Source of the DNA: Eledone cirrhosa
Taxonomy: Eukaryota
Length of the DNA stretch: 64,000 bases
Assembly (NCBI GenBank): GCA_964016885.1
Contig: OZ024743.1
Span: 46,004,001 to 46,068,000, forward strand
Direction: 5' to 3'
Made by a program: the position numbers and the translations under genes. Under the pieces are notes generated by a model. The model had not been told where the DNA came from. It saw only the letters and a program-made list of their open reading frames with translations, and searched no databases. Below, piece by piece: positions 51,113-64,000 of the stretch (within the stretch, counting starts at the first letter, position 1; each line of letters opens with the position of its first letter).

Positions 51113-53400
51113 GTTGCATTTATCTTGCTTTATGTTCATACGAGTTATCACCAAGTCACAACCAGTGACCTCAAGAGACAACAAGGTTCGCCATGTTCAA
51201 GAAAGAACATACATACTCACACATGCATCTTTAGTGTTTAGACTTGTGATGTACTTATATTGACAGAATCTTCCTTAGTATATGGGCAGTTCCCATTAGT
51301 ACTATCTTTTGTATTTCTCCTATACGCGGGTTTCCTGGGATTTGCGATAAGTAATCAATAGACCCCTTAGGTATCATTCCCAGAGCGCCTACAACCACTG
51401 GTATTGTTTTAGTTCTCAATTTCCACATTTTTCCAATTTCTATCTCCAGGTCCTTATACTTGCTCAATTTTTCAAATGTTTTTATAGATACATTCTTGTC
51501 TATTGGAACAGACATATCAATTAGCAGGCATACCCTCTTTTTAAAGTCCTTCAATATTATATCAGGTCTACTTGCATCTATTTTTCGGTCTGTTTGGATG
51601 CTAAAGTTCCACAGGATTGAGATGTGATCTTTTTCAAGTATGGGAGGTGGTTGATGCTCCCACCAATTCTTTTGATGGGGCAGGTCAAAATGCTTACACA
51701 TTATCCAATGTATGTATTGTGCAGCTCTGTCATGCCTGTTTAGGTATTCGGTTGGAGCTATAGGACTGCACATTGAAATTATATGGTCAATGGTCTCTGG
51801 TTGTTTTTTGCATACACGGCATAATGGGCTGCATCCATTTTTTATTATGTTGGCTTAGTAATTTTTTGTTGGCAGACACTGATCTTGTGCTGATATAATC
51901 AGTCCTTCAGTCTCCGATTTCAGTCCAGAGGATGCCAACCACTGATGGGTTAAAGTTTTGTCAACATCAGGATTGTTAGCTCGCTCTGGGTATTTTCCAT
52001 ACAGAGGCTTTTCTTGCCATTTCTTAGCCAGTTTCTGTAGCAGTTCTTTCTTACCAATTTTTCTGTAGAAGTTTCTTTGGTTGTTTTTGAACATATTATT
52101 GTCCTTATAGAATCTAGATCGTTTTTCAAAGCGCCTTATACGAGCAGCTTTGGCCGACACTTTTTGCTTGATTATTTCTATCAGCATGTCTATGTCACAT
52201 GTTGATTTTATACTGTACTTTTTTTTCAATTTTCTAAGTTTAGTTTGTTTAACATGTTCACCTACTTTATAGTTTGTTAAAATTTCTATGTCAGATCGGA
52301 GAAGGTTTATTTGGCGATTGATGTTCTCTTGCCAAGTAGATTTCTTGTGGGAATTCCTTTGTTTTTTCATCTTCACTCCACATAAGTGAGTGGTGACTTT
52401 AGCCGATGCATAATAGAGATGATTTAAATCAGTAATGTTTAGTTTGTTTGTGATGATAATGTTTTTGAGAATTATGTTAGTCTTGTGTATTATCTTTTGG
52501 TTCTGTTTGGAGTTCTGGATCTTAGGGAGGGTGTCTCGTTGCCCCATGTCAGATTCTTTCATTTTCATCCATTCGATCATAATTTCATCCTTCAAGTTGG
52601 CAAGTTCATTCTCATTCATTTCTTTATCATTTACGATCTCATTATTTTCAATTGGAGTTTCATCCTGAGCATGCACTCCCTCCACTTTTTCGATCCTTTC
52701 TTTAATTTGTTCTGTTGCCAGTGATTCCGCCCCAACCCTGGGGTTCGAAGTGTTACAGTTTACCTCGTTTTCACTGACACATGTTTCATTTTCCCTTCGC
52801 TGACTTTGTGCTAATAGCTTGATCTGATCAATTTCTGTATCAGTTAGTAACTTTTTTCTTACAATATTTCTTCGTATATTGGCTAGTTTGTTACTATCAA
52901 TATAGCCTCTGTTTTCGGGATGTTTCTTTTTCCAGTTGATATATGTCTGTTCTGTATTCGATGTATTTGATGGGTAGTACATGGCAGTGTAGAAAGCCTC
53001 AAGGACTTCTTTATTATCTTCCCTTGACCATTTTTCTCTCTTTTTCTTTGGATTTCTTGGTGGCGAGCATGGAGGGCCAACAGTGGGAGTATTCCGGTTA
53101 TGGGAGGTCTCCAGCTCCAAAGTGATGGGAAGGTTTGAACCATTAGCTGATTTTTCGACCCCAGTCTGGTTCCTCTCTGAGGGACGCGGCCCTTTTTTAC
53201 CCGGGTGACGGCCGATCCGGTATGAGATTTTATCATTAGACATTTACTTTATTTTGTCGCGTTTTATCCTTATCCGCCAAGGAGTAATCATTTCGTGTTA
53301 CCACTTCTAGAACGAGTGTCAACCAAGACTAGAGGGGTCGTTCTCCCCTAGAGACACGGCTATTCCCCGCCGGCCGCCATCCCGGTATTTCTTGGTCACG
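51111..53400 (-). mobile_element. Second R4/Dong family copy with both ends but lacking the RT domain
   Basis: Frame 53243-51255 with one stop at 51855. The N-terminal region (KWSREDN, L.N..RNI, RIRRF..R..FY..N..F) joins directly near 52050 to post-RT W.EKPLYGKY, AQDQ, CRMC, RHD and RPDI. (TAA)n tail. Confidence 0.88.
53309..53397 (-). ncRNA. HDV-like ribozyme candidate at the 5' end of the R4-clade element
   Basis: Minus strand: P1 GACCAA(G)/(C)TTGGTT with a G-U first pair, P2 AGAACG/CGTTCT, P3 GAC/GTC around CCCTCTA, hairpin in J1/2. P4 and J4/2 are not clearly canonical. Confidence 0.4.
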
Positions 53401-53798
53401 GGGTTTTCTTTTTGTTGTTTTTTTTTTTAATTGTTATTATCATGAGTGGTTCCTTAATGTGAGCATTGCGTGGCTTAAGAATGAAATTATTAATAATTGT
53501 CTCCACTCCAGGCACAAGGCCAGCAATCAGCCAGTGCATTACAATAATATAATATACTTTTAGCTGTAGTTGCCTGTTATTGTTGTTGGCTATGTCGGTG
53601 GTGGTGCCGGGGCTTTTTATATTGTTGGTGAGGAAGGGGTGAGCCAGCAGTCCCATAGTTGTTGCTGTTGACGTTTGGCCGGTGGCCAGGTCACTAAGTC
53701 AATCTATTTATATCTTTTGCTAGCCTCTCCCTTGTCTAGTGATACCGCAAACCTTCCCCTTTCTCTCTCAAGTTAACAGGGGAATAGTGGTGGTAGCA

Positions 53799-53858
<60 letters not shown>

Positions 53859-54067
53859 GGCGACCTACGTAGTAAATCGTATCATCGTGAGCTCCGCAAA
53901 GGTTTGTTATTTCCGTTTGTTAAAAATTGCCATTTATGGAAAATTTTTATTGTTAACTATATATAAGCGCACATACATTGTTTTCCGAAAAGGACACCAA
54001 AAAAGATTGGGGCTTTGTGCCCAAAATTTAAACTTTTATGATTATCAAAAAATTTCTTTGAAAAAAA

Positions 54068-56078
54068 ATGGCTTATTCACCACTGCACCAAGCAGCTGAA
54101 AGCCTTTCTCACAAATTAACACCTCACACCGACACCACCATTGTAAATGATACTACGTTTGCCAACACAAATAATTTAAGCACTAGCAATATTTTAAATT
54201 TGTCTCAGGCAGACATTCATTTCCCGCCATTACCAATGACTGCAGGTGTTAAAGCCGCCACCACCACCACCACCGCGACAACCACCACCCCCACCACCAC
54301 CGCGACAACAGAAACAAAAGGAAAAAATAAATCAACTCGTGATGTCGAAATATTTTCAACCAAAATGGACTCTCCCAAACCGAACTTCACTGACGTCACC
54401 ACCACCACAACTGAAACTAAAATTAATAATAACAAAAATAACGATAGCAACAACAACAACAATGACATTAAAAAAACCACCCTCAGTTTTGCCAGAGTAG
54501 CAAAACAGTGCGAAGCATTTACGGTAACTCAGGAGGAATTAGAAAATGCCAAACAAATGGAAAAGAAAGATGGGTACAGGGTCAGCTCACCCCCACCCCC
54601 ACCCCACCCCCACCCCCCACCCCACCTAATAAAATGGAGCATCGGCGCCTATGCACCGTGTCGTATCGAACAATAAATGTAAAATCGCGCCGAGTGGAAC
54701 GGGCATCCGAGTCCCAAATCCAAAAAGCTTTGGGACATGTGTGGGCAAGAAAAACCCACATCAGACGTGGGAAGAAGTATGGAACCGTGGACGTGTTCTT
54801 TGAAACACCAGAGGAGGCTAGAGAACACTCCATGGCCCCATTAAGAAGTGACGACTTCACACTCGTCCCAAGCTATTGTGGCCAGAGACTCGTAAAGATC
54901 AGGGTGACCCACGTTCCACCGGCCATCGAAATTCCCTGGCTAATAGCGGCCGTCCTCGCCGGCATCGAAGCCAACACAAAGATAATAGCAATAGCAAAAG
55001 AAAAGCAGGAGAACTGGTCCGGATCTTGGATGGAGCTCCTGATCCAAGCGGACCAAAAAAGCATTGAGGAGATCCCAGAGGTAATAGACCTCACTGACGG
55101 CAGCCACCTCACCGTAATTGTCGAGGGCAGAAGGCCTAGGTGTGTCATTTGTGGTGAAGGAACCCACCTAAGGGCTTTCTGCCCTCAGGCTAAAAGGTTG
55201 AGGCCACCTCTCCTACCCACCCCAGTGACACAACCAACAACACCACCAGTAGCAGAGATGGCAGCAACAAATGTAGCAGCAACAACAGAAGCAACTATAA
55301 CAGCAACAACCCCAGCAACAGTAGCAAAACCAACACCACCACCACCAGCAAAACCAACATCACCACCACCTAACGCTTCAGAACTAGCACCAGCGCCTAC
55401 ACCATCCACCACGCCACAACCAAAACTAACGCCTGTGGAGGATTTTCCACTCCCCGGCCTATCACAACTGGAGACAAATTGTGACGACGAGGAGTGGGAA
55501 ACGGTATCCGGAAAAAAAAAAGAAACCAAAAAAGAAAAAATTCTCTTCCTTCCCCCTCCAAAAACAAAATACTGAGGGAAACAAATAAATTAAGAAACAG
55601 AAAAGTTAGGACAGATATGCCACCATCCACACCAGCATCACCAACCCCATCAACCCAAACACCAACACCATCACCATCATTAACCCCAACACCACCATCA
55701 CCTACACCACAAAAGTCACCAAAATGCGAAACAGAAACAAACCTACAACAAGCGCAAACAAAACAAAACAACCAAAACGATACACACTACACAGCATTAT
55801 ATTTGAACAACAAGCAATTATTACACTACATCCAACACAACACCAGCATCACAGAAAAAGACTACACAACAACCCAAAAATTCACACCACCTCCACACAT
55901 ACACATCACTCGCATCACACAGAAAACGTACATGACACTAAAACAAAAATTCCCCAAAGACATCGGAGACTTCCGACAAGCACCCTCCAGGAGGATTTAT
56001 AAGGACATCCTTCCTGAGGAGGCCACAAGCAGTGAAAAGGATGGAAAAACCGTCCTTCCTCTACGAGAAGTAAGGTAA
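54068..56078 (+). pseudogene. Tx1-like ORF1 (zinc knuckle, Pro/Thr-rich), split at C-rich and A-rich tracts
   Basis: Pieces at 54068, 54508 and 55494; CVICGEGTHLRAFC knuckle. Confidence 0.85.
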
Positions 56079-56112
56079 GTGGTCTTTCCCATCTTTTCCA
56101 CTCCTTTTCAAC

Positions 56113-59100
56113 ATGACCTCACTCAGAAAAGGCAGCATAAATGCGCGTGGCTTTGGGTCGTCATGGAAGCAGGGCCACCTGCTCATCGACCTCAGGTCAC
56201 TAAACATAGATGTAGTGGCCATCAGCGAGACCAGAATCTCCGAAGCAGGGGCCTACGCACCGATCTTCGGCGGCTACGATGTGTACGCTTCTCCCAGCCG
56301 TCCGGGATCGGGGGGAGGAGTTGCTGTGATTTTTCGGAGAGGTTTGGATCTTGCCATACGGGCCATCTTCCTGGACCCAGAAGGTAAGTTGGCGGTGCTG
56401 GACGTGACCAGCGGAGACGGGCAAGCTTTCAGGTTAGTGGCCGTCTATGCCCCGACAGGAGCAGGGCGGCCTGATTTCTTCCGGCGTCTAGAGACCTTTC
56501 TTGGAACGTCCCGCTCTTTAGTGTTAGTGGGCGACTGGAACGGGATCTTAGATGCACGCTGGGATTGTGTGGGATTAGTGGATAGGGAAGGAGGGTGCAA
56601 GAGTCTCACCAACCTGCTCAGGCGTTTTGAACTGTCTGACAGGTACCGAATGGATTTCCCGAATGTACCAATGTGGACTTGGACAAATCGCATAGGGTCA
56701 TCCAGATCATATCTAGATAGAGTATTTTGTAGGGAAATAGATAGGTCTGGCATAGGCTGTCCACAATTCAAGATAGTCAGCTACACGGACCACAAATTTG
56801 TGATCTGTGTGCTTGACTTAGATAGGCTTCATAGACGAGGACCCGGCTACTGGAAGCTAAACGCGTCCTTACCAACGCGTCCTTACCAGAGACCGGATTA
56901 GCGAACTAGTTAAGCGGGCGTTGACGGGGTCCATCGTCAACAACAAGTGGTGGTTTGCTCTGAAAAGAGCGATTAGAATAGAATCGATTAGGTTTAGTAA
57001 GGCTTTAGCAATAGAGAAAAATAGAGCAGAGGGAGAATTAGTTAGAAGATTAGACGAGGCGCTCAGCAAAGGCATCGCGACCGACGTACTTGCGGCGAAA
57101 TTGGCCCTTGACCAATTCTTCAATGCAAAGCACGAAGGCTGCGTTGTCAGAGCAAGGGTGCGTGCTCTCAGACACGAGGGGACGAAAGCCGTTCAATGGG
57201 CCCGAGTGGCGGAGGCGCGTCGTGGCAACAAAGCCACGATCCGGTCTTTGGTGGACCACGACGGGCGCATGCTACTCGATCCCGGGCAAATGTGTGAAGC
57301 TTTTCAGCGACACTTCGCTCAACTGTTCGGGGGCAGCGGTGGACCGGGTCGAGGGATGGACTTTAGTGTCTACCTCGACGGACTGCCGCGGCTCTCGGCC
57401 ACTGAGGCGAAGTGTTACGAAAAGCCGATAACAGCCGCTGAAGTAAGGGAGGCAATGACTGGCTGCACAAGGGGTAAATCGACTGGTTTGGATGGTCTGC
57501 CCTATGAACTTTACGTACAGATGCCAGACTTGTTCGGAGGCCCCTTGGCGGACGTCTACTGCAACTGGCAACAGAACGGGGGAATTCCCAATTCTGTGAG
57601 CCGAGGAGCGGTGGCACTGCTGAGAAAGGATCCGAACAAGTGGGATAACATAGATAATTTCCGGCCCATAACTCTGCTAAACACAGAGTTCAAGATTTTG
57701 GCCAAGGTGCTAGCAAAGAGGTTGGCGCTTGTCGTTGGTGGTCTGGTGGGAGAGGCGCAGACATGCGCCATTCCCGACAGATCCATCCACGACAACCTCC
57801 ACCTCATGCGATACATCGTAGAGAGGGTAGCTAGGGAACCTGGCACGGGTGGGTCCTTGATCAATTTAGATCAGTCGAAAGCTTTCGATAGGGTCGACCA
57901 TCGTTACCTAGCGGCAGTCCTGAGGGCGGCTGGCTTTGGGCCCGTCTTCAGAGGCTGGATCGCTGCCATGCACAGCGACATCTGCTCTGTAGTGAGAGTG
58001 AACGGTCACCTTTCGGAACCGTTCAACATCATGCGCTCGGTCCACCAAGGATGTTCCCTCTCGTCCCTCTTGTACGTATTGACTCTCGAGCCATTACTGC
58101 ACAAACTTGAGACGTTGAGGGGCGTCCCGCGCGAACTAGGATGCGGAAGATCCGTGTCAGCATATGCGGACGATGTCACCGTAGTGGTGTCGAACGCCAA
58201 ACACATCGAGGCGATCGGCACTACACTAAGAGAATACGAAGCGGTGACAGGAGCAATGATCAACCAGAAAAAGTCAGTGGGCCTGCAGCTCGGCACCTGG
58301 AGAGGCATGTCCATGCCGTCCAACAGCGTCGTCGGACGCTGGACGGACGGACCGGTTAAATTGCTAGGGGTCTGGTTTCGTCCGGACCTCCAGACGGACA
58401 AAAACTGGGAGGAGGTGACGAGCAGGGTGGCTTCTCTCACCCAGAAATGGGCGGAGAGGAAGCTGTCCCTGAAAGGTCGAGCGGAGGTGGCTAACGCATA
58501 CATCGTGTCTGTCATCTGCTACCGCCTGGCCGTCGTACCTTGTCCTAAGCCTCGCCTGACTGCGCTGGAGCGTTTGCTCTTTCGCTTTTTGTGGAAGGGA
58601 CGCGCTCCGATGGTCAGACAGTCCATCTGTTGTCAACACCCGCTACGTGGAGGGCTGGGCATGCTGTGGCTGATGATGCGCAGGCACGCGCTCAGGCTAC
58701 GACATCTCCACCTCTTCCTCGACGGTGATCAGGTGTGGTCGCCGTTTACTAGACACGTATTTCCCCAGCTCGTTTCCTTGACGGAGCTGCAGTCCTGGGT
58801 CAAGCGAAGACCGAGAGGGAGCGCCTGGAGACTGGAATGTCTTCAGGCGCTCACAGCCCTCGACCAATCGGGCAATGTGATCGGTGGAAACTCCACCTCG
58901 GCGTTCTATAGAGGATTAGTGGAGGGGAAGAGCGACGACGTACTTGGGGAAACTCTAGGCATCGACGAAAATCAACTAGCCAATCTCTTCGGAAGAACTT
59001 TCGGGCCGGGGCCTATGGACAACTTCCAGAAATCTCTGGCCTAGCAGTGCTACCGAGGAGACTTGCCAGTTCGGGATAAACTCTACAGGCATTGGGTGCC

Positions 59101-59529
59101 GTCAGCCGGGCATGTCCGAGATGCGCGCAGGGCGACGAAACCGTCCTGCACGCACTCGTCCAGTGTCCGAAAATTGCTGACTTGTGGGTTTATGTCGAAC
59201 ACCTGCTGTCGCGTTTAGGACGGATCCGGCTATCATCTGAGTCCATCGTGAGGATTGCCCCGCCCTCCTCCTTTAGCCGGGAAGGGCAGGCAGTTTTTAT
59301 CTGTCTGGTGGCCATGGCGAAAGAGATAGTATGGTGGACACGTTTGAAAGGGCTGAAGACGAGCACTTACCTCTTCGGTGATGCTCTGATTGACTTTTTC
59401 AAATTTCATTTGAAAAGGAAAATCAGAGTAGAGAGGGAAGTGCTCTCTTCCCAGCATTTTGTTGAAAGATGGGTGAGAGAAGCAAGAATGGCCCGAGTGA
59501 ATGGGCCTACTCTGAGTATATATCTGTAA
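56113..59529 (+). pseudogene. Tx1-like ORF2 (APE, RT, C-terminal zinc motif) with a few frameshifts and stops
   Basis: INARG, ISET, VYAP, GDWN, LDRVF, TDH, YWKLN, FRPITLLN, KAFDRV, QG, YADD, CPRC..ET..H..C. Confidence 0.95.
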
Positions 59530-59780
59530 ATTAAAGGTGGAAAACTAGGAGAGGGCACTTGCCTTGGTGGTCAGGGTCATTGTGGCTTTTTACTGGGCTT
59601 TCTCCACAAATGTCCCTCCGAAGTCTCCCCCTATTGGGGAATTTTTCATTGTTATTTTTTGTTACACCCTCTGTTTTGGGGGGTTTTTTACACGCAGAAA
59701 TTCCCATTTGTACCGTCCTCTATTGTCCTGCACTGTCCTTAATGTCTACTTTATGTAAACCCTTGTGGTTAATAAAGAAA

Positions 59781-59827
<47 letters not shown>

Positions 59828-59828
<1 letters not shown>

Positions 59829-61525
59829 CTTGAATCTCAGTCATTGATGTTGGTTAACTGGAAAGTCCGTTGGATTGAATATCAAGCCACTACCTGCAGC
59901 CTCAGATATTCAGGACGTATCGGAGGGTTCTTGCTGTTCCAAGCAAGCATGCCTTTTGAAGCGTTCCAAAAAGCGTGAAGGGGCCGATTTTCTTTAACCA
60001 TCTCTGGAAACTTTTGGAGATAGTCCCCAGTGCGCCTATGACAATCGGGATCACTTTGACTTCATGACAGTTCCAAATCATTTTCACCTCCCACTTTAGG
60101 TCCTGGTATCGGTTAATTTTCTCCCTCTCCTTCTCTTGCACTCTCGTGTCGAACGGGCAGGCCACATCCACAATCAGACACGATCTTTTTTCTTTGTCCA
60201 CAACCACCGGGTCAGGTCTATTGTGTTCCAGTTTTTTGTCCGTCTGTATCCTAAAATCCCACAGCACCTTCACCTGATTGTTCTCCATCACCGCCTCTGG
60301 CCTATGATCATACCATTTCTCAGAATGTGGTAAATTGTTTACTTTGCACAGGTGTCAGTGGAACACCCTGCCCATCACATCGTGTCTCCAGCCCTTATAG
60401 TGGGTCTGGGCTAGGTGTTTACACTCGGACACAATGTGAGCCACAGTCTCCTCTCTCTCTCTCCACAGATCCTGCACAGTGGGCTAGACTCCTCCTTGTA
60501 AATATGGTGCTTCAACCACTTCGTTTTGAGGGCCTGCTCCTGCGCAGCCATTAGCATTCCTTCTGTAGCCTTTTTGAGGTCTCCTCTTCTCAACCAGTTC
60601 CATGTCTGTCGATCTCTAAATTCAGTTTTCTCAAAGAAGGTACTATGAAGGGATTTTCCCTTAAGGCTGCTCTTCCTCCTTGATGTTATTTCCTCCTTGG
60701 ACATCCCCTGGCCTACTGTCCCCTCCTTCAGTACAGTTCTGAGCATTGGCTCCTTACTATAGGTCACGTATTTGTATAGGTTGTTTTTCTCCATCTGAAC
60801 ACAGTCCTCTATGCTGATAAGACCTCTTCCACCCTCACATCTCCTTAGGTAGAGTCTATCGACATCACTCCTCTTGTGGAACATGTTGTAGATAGTCAAT
60901 AGCTTCCTAGTCTTCCTATCCATTTCTTTTTGTTCAGCAACATTCCATCTCAGAATTCCCGCACTGTACCTAATAATAGACACAGCTCGGGAATTTACTG
61001 CGCTTATGGCATTTCTGCTGTTCAGATGTGACTTCAATACGCTCCTTACTCTCCGAATGTATTCAGTTCTTAACAATTCCTTCATTTTTTTGTTCTTTAT
61101 GCCATCAGCCTCCAGAACGCCCAAATACTTGTATCCTTCCTCAGAGTCAATTTCCTTTATCATTTCACCTGTTGGTATCTGGATCCCGTTACTTCTGCTC
61201 AACCTACCCCTCCTCATCACAATGACTCCACATTTACCAATACCAAACTGCATACATATATCATTGCTGAAAATACGGACAGTGTCAACAAGCACATCCA
61301 ACTCCTTCTCACTTTTCCCGAAGAGCTTAAGATCGTCCATGAAGAGGAGGTGATTGATGGTAAGCTCTCCCCTTCCCAACTTGTATCCTGCTCTCACTTT
61401 TCGCAGCATAATGGTCAAGGGCATCAGGGCAAGGACAAATAACAGAGGGGACAGGCTATCTCCCTGGAAGATACCTCTCTTGATCTTCACGCTTCCCAAG
61501 GATACTCCAGTTGATGTCAACTCTC
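59828..61525 (-). mobile_element. Dong/R4-clade element, 5'-truncated
   Basis: Near-identical to 48517-50215; flanked by (TAA)n. Confidence 0.93.
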
Positions 61526-61562
<37 letters not shown>

Positions 61563-61574
61563 GTTATTGTTATT

Positions 61575-64000
61575 CCTTGAGTCTCAGTCATTGATGTTAG
61601 TTAACTGGAAAGTCCGTTGGAATGAATATCAAGCCACTACCTGCAGCCTCAGATATTCAGGACGTATCGGAGGGTTCTTGCTGTTCCCAGCAAACATGCC
61701 TTTTGAAGCGTTCCAAAAAGCGTGAAGGGGCCGATTTTCTTTAACCATCCCTGGAAACTTTTGGAGATAGTCCCCAGTGCGCCTATGACAATCTGGATCA
61801 CTTTGACATCATGGCAGTTCCAAATCCTTTTCACCTCCCACTTTAAGTCCTGGTATCAGTTAATTTTCTCCCTCTCCTTCTCTTGCACTCTCGTGTCGAA
61901 CGGGCAGGCCACATCCACAATCAGACACGATCTTTTTTCTTTGTCCACAACCACCAGGTCAGGTCTATTGTGTTCCAGTTTCTTGTCCGTCTGTATCCTA
62001 AAATCCCACAGCACCTTCACCTGATCGTTCTCTGATACCGTCTCTGGCTTATGCTCATACCATTTGTGGTAAATTGTTTACTTTGCACAGGTGCCAGTGG
62101 ATCACCCTGCCCATCACATCATGTCTCCAGCCCTTATAGTGAGTCTGGGCTAGGTGTTTACACTCGGATACAATGTGAGCCACAGTCTCCTCTCTCTCTC
62201 TCCACAGATCCTGCACAGTGGGCTAGCCTCCTCCTTGTAAATATGGTGCTTCAACCACTTCGTTTTGAGGGCCTGCTCCTGCGCAGCCATTAGCATTCCT
62301 TCTGTAGCCTTTTTGAGGTCTCCTCTTCTCAACCAGTTCCATGTCTGTGGATCTCTAAATTCAGTTTTCTCAAAGAAGGTACTATGAAGTGATTTTTCCT
62401 GAAGGCTGCTCTTTCTCCTTGATGTTATTTCCCCCTTGGACATATCCCTGGCCTATTGTCCCCTCCTTCAGTACAGTTCTGAGCATTGGCTCCTTACTAT
62501 CAGTCACGTATTTGTGTAGGTTGTTTTTCTCCATCTGAACATAGTCCTCTATGCTGATAAGACCTTTTCCACCCTCACATCTCCTTAAGTAGAGTCTATC
62601 GACATCACTCCTCTTGTGGAACATGTTGTAGATAGTCAATAGCCTCCTAGTCTTCCTATCCATTTCTTTTTGTTCAGCAACATTCCATCTCAGAATTCCC
62701 GCACTGTACCTAATAATAGACACAGCTCGGGAATTTACTGCGCTTATGGCATTTCTGCTGTTCAGATGTGACTTCAATACGCTCCTTACTCTCCGAATGT
62801 ATTCAGTTCTTAACAATTCCTTCATTCTTTTGTTCTTTATGCCATCAGCCTCCAGAACGCCCAAATACTTGTATCCTTCCTCAGAGTCAATTTCCTTTAT
62901 CATCTCACCTGTTGGTATCTGGATTCCGCTCAACCTACCCCTCCTCATCACAATGACTCCACACTTACTAATACCAAACTGCATACATATATCACTGCTG
63001 AAAATACGGACAGTGTCAACAAGCACATCCAACTCCTTCTCACTCTTCCCGAAGAGCTTAAGATCGTCCATGAAGAGGAGGTGATTGATGGTAAGCCCTC
63101 CCTTTCCCAACCTGTATCCTGCTCTCACTTTTCGCAGTACACTGGTCAGTGGCATCAGGGCAAGGACAAACAGCAGAGGGGACAGGCTATCTCCCTGGAA
63201 GATACCTCTCTTGATCTTCACGCTTCCCAAGGATTCTCCAGTTGATGTCAACTCTGTTTCCCAGGACCTCATACTTTTGCCCAACAACTGTCTGATGTTA
63301 TCTGCCACCTTGAAGATCTCCAGGCTTTTGGTGATCCAAGAATGAGGCACCATGTCAAATGCCTTTCTATAGTCTATCCATCCCATGGCAAGATCAGTGT
63401 GTCTCCTCCTGCAATTCCCCATTACCATCTTATCAATAAGTAACTGGTCCTTTGTACCACGTGACTTCTTTCGGCATCCTTTCTGTTCGTCCGGTAACAA
63501 GTTGTTTGTGTGGAGGTGATGGTAGATTTCCTCAGACACAATGCTCATCAACAGTTTCCACATTACGGACAGACATGTGATAGGTCTATAGTTGGTAACA
63601 TCATTACCCTTGATTCGGTCTTTCATTATCAGAACTGTGGTACCTTTTGTCAACCACTCTGGTACCTCACCTGACATCAAGCAGTCATTGAACATGGTTG
63701 TCAGTTTCGGGTGGAGGGATGTTATATTTTTAATCCAATACCCCTGCACACCATCTGGGCCTGGTGATTTCCAGTTGGTTAGTTTTTTGGCCTGCCCCTT
63801 AAGAGTTTCAACTGTGATACTCAAATCAGTTTGTTGGTGTGCCTGTTCACTAATATCCTTCTGTACTGTCTCAATCCACACTGCCTGGTCATTATGTTTA
63901 ACATCCTGCTCCCATATTCCTCTCCAGAATGTTTTAGTTTGTTCCGCCTCAGGGATCAAGTCGTTGCCTCTTTCTTTCCCCTCAAGCTGTCCAAACAGCA
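61575..64000 (-). mobile_element. Dong/R4-clade element running off the window end
   Basis: ORF 62382-63959 with complete RT motifs (SPGPDG, YRPITCL, EQKG, DYRKAFD, QGD, FMDD), then frameshifted CCHC and RLE regions. Confidence 0.95.

Larger units (their letters stand above)
53859..59782 (+). mobile_element. Tx1-like LINE copy C, full length
   Basis: 5' GGCGACCTACG after (ATT)n; ORF1 and ORF2 with few disruptions; 3' AATAAAGAAATC(ATT)n. Confidence 0.95.

Noticed and set aside
59559-59978. ORF conserved with 48188-48667 across the Tx1/Dong junction
   Set aside because: Made of Tx1 3' UTR, poly-Leu from (TTA)n and Dong antisense; similarity follows from repeat identity.

Overview
Eukaryotic, AT-rich, repeat-saturated window with no recognisable host gene. 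The microsatellite load and the SINE and LINE families suggest a mollusc such as an octopod, but that is inference only. Contents: (1) three Tx1/L1-group LINEs (+ strand) ending in (ATT)n, each meeting the 3' end of a Dong/R4-clade RLE retrotransposon (- strand) tail to tail; (2) several further R4-clade copies, including one with a 5' inversion, one lacking its RT and one targeting (CATA)n; (3) two 5'-truncated Penelope-like elements (Naiad-like and Neptune-like) with inverted 3' duplications; (4) several small non-coding elements in (TA)n carrying type I hammerhead ribozymes, most clearly a 310-bp tandem/inverted retrozyme-like array; (5) a Ty3/Gypsy element with TG...AA LTRs and a non-coding relative; (6) non-autonomous Helitrons; (7) tRNA-type SINEs whose tail resembles the Tx1 tail; (8) a 4.3-kb array of a 19-bp unit that appears to derive from a SINE head. 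Most short ORFs in the track are artefacts of microsatellites or antisense frames. Coordinates were read by eye and ribozyme folds were paired by hand.
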